DNA of 64,000 bases from an uncultured Candidatus Poseidoniales archaeon (GTDB taxonomy: Archaea > Thermoplasmatota > Poseidoniia > Poseidoniales > Thalassarchaeaceae): positions 4,403-68,402 of the forward strand of contig CABXDN010000002.1 in NCBI GenBank assembly GCA_902511005.1. Reading direction: 5' to 3'. This document shows, piece by piece, positions 63,490 through 64,000 of the stretch. The position numbers and the translations under genes were made by a program. A model generated the notes under the pieces. The model was not told where the DNA came from. It made no database searches and saw only the letters and a list, made by a program, of their open reading frames with translations. Position 1 is the stretch's first letter. Each line of letters starts with the position of its first letter.

Positions 63490-64000
63490 CTATTCTTCAA
63501 AGAGCAAGTCATAAGCATTGGATAAAGCTATACCATGAGCCTCTGGACTCAAGATTTCTCTAACATGTTCTATTAGATTCAAGTTAGGCTTTCGAGTTTC
63601 TCCTAAATTTCTTTTCCAATCTGTATGCACTCTTTCAATGGCATCAACCCAGGCTCTTAATTCATCTGCTGGGAGCAGGTTTGTTTTAGGAATTATTTCA
63701 TTATGAGCTGCTGAATCTGAAGCAATTACACGGCATCCTGCTGCCATCGCCTCGGCAGGAGGATATCCAAAACCCTCTGATACACTTGGAAATAATAGCG
63801 CATCAGCATATTGAAATGTTGCAACGAGTTGATCATCTGTTACTCTTAAATCACTTCCTATGTTAACTACATTTATTTCATTTGAAATTTCGGCGGGTAA
63901 ACAAGAAATAATCGTATCTATCAAGTCTAACCTCTTCCTAGGCTCATTACTTCCGACGGTGACTAACAAGCATTTTCTAGGATCATAAAATTCAGAAATT
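63490..64000 (-). CDS. glycosyltransferase family 1 (GT-B), C-terminal part; the 5' end lies beyond the window
   Basis: LLFPSVSEGFGYPPAEAMAAGCRVIAS (E-x7-E region). My reading of 63970..64000 shows the frame stays open (..ISEFYDPRKCLLVTVG..), so the tracked TTG start at 63969 is probably not the true start. Confidence 0.7.
   Translation of the reverse strand, partial: ISEFYDPRKCLLVTVGSNEPRKRLDLIDTIISCLPAEISNEINVVNIGSDLRVTDDQLVATFQYADALLFPSVSEGFGYPPAEAMAAGCRVIASDSAAHNEIIPKTNLLPADELRAWVDAIERVHTDWKRNLGETRKPNLNLIEHVREILSPEAHGIALSNAYDLLFEE

Overview
AT-rich (GC judged by eye, not computed), very gene-dense 64-kb chromosomal segment with about 55 genes and spacers mostly under 110 nt. The informational genes are archaeal: radA, rpoK/rpo6, hel308, a cgi121-like gene, taw1/taw2 wyosine genes, an NFACT/Rqc2 homolog, and an initiator tRNA-Met with A1:U72. 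They sit beside bacterial-type metabolic and repair genes: uvrC, orn, tryptophan 2,3-dioxygenase, thiolase, msrA, guaB and pyrC. Aerobic haem genes (ctaA, ctaB) are also present. The window is rich in peptidases (S8 kexin-like, M14-like, M3, M29, S15) and in very large secreted or membrane-anchored proteins of 1274, 803, 1556 and 1018 aa. By inference only, this fits an uncultured aerobic, proteolytic marine planktonic euryarchaeote (Marine Group II/Poseidoniales-like). I saw no rRNA, CRISPR array, transposase, integrase or prophage. The most interesting items are listed below.
- A cell-surface island at about 33-47 kb holds a GT4/GT2 pair, a beta-helix/PKD adhesin, two stand-alone RAM genes, a wHTH-NB-ARC-like STAND ATPase, and an ORFan surface protein with a G10 tract just after its signal peptide.
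- A DUF3592-like membrane protein carries a 6 x 21-bp GC-rich tandem repeat that encodes an RGG tail.
- A three-gene cluster encodes a membrane-tethered double-wHTH regulator, a small acidic ORF and a beta-propeller lipoprotein.
- An ATPase / 1121-aa double-FtsX permease / ATPase operon includes one ATPase with a zinc-ribbon tail.
- Convergent genes almost always abut or overlap at their stop codons.
All functional calls come from motifs read by eye in the supplied translations. No database search was run.
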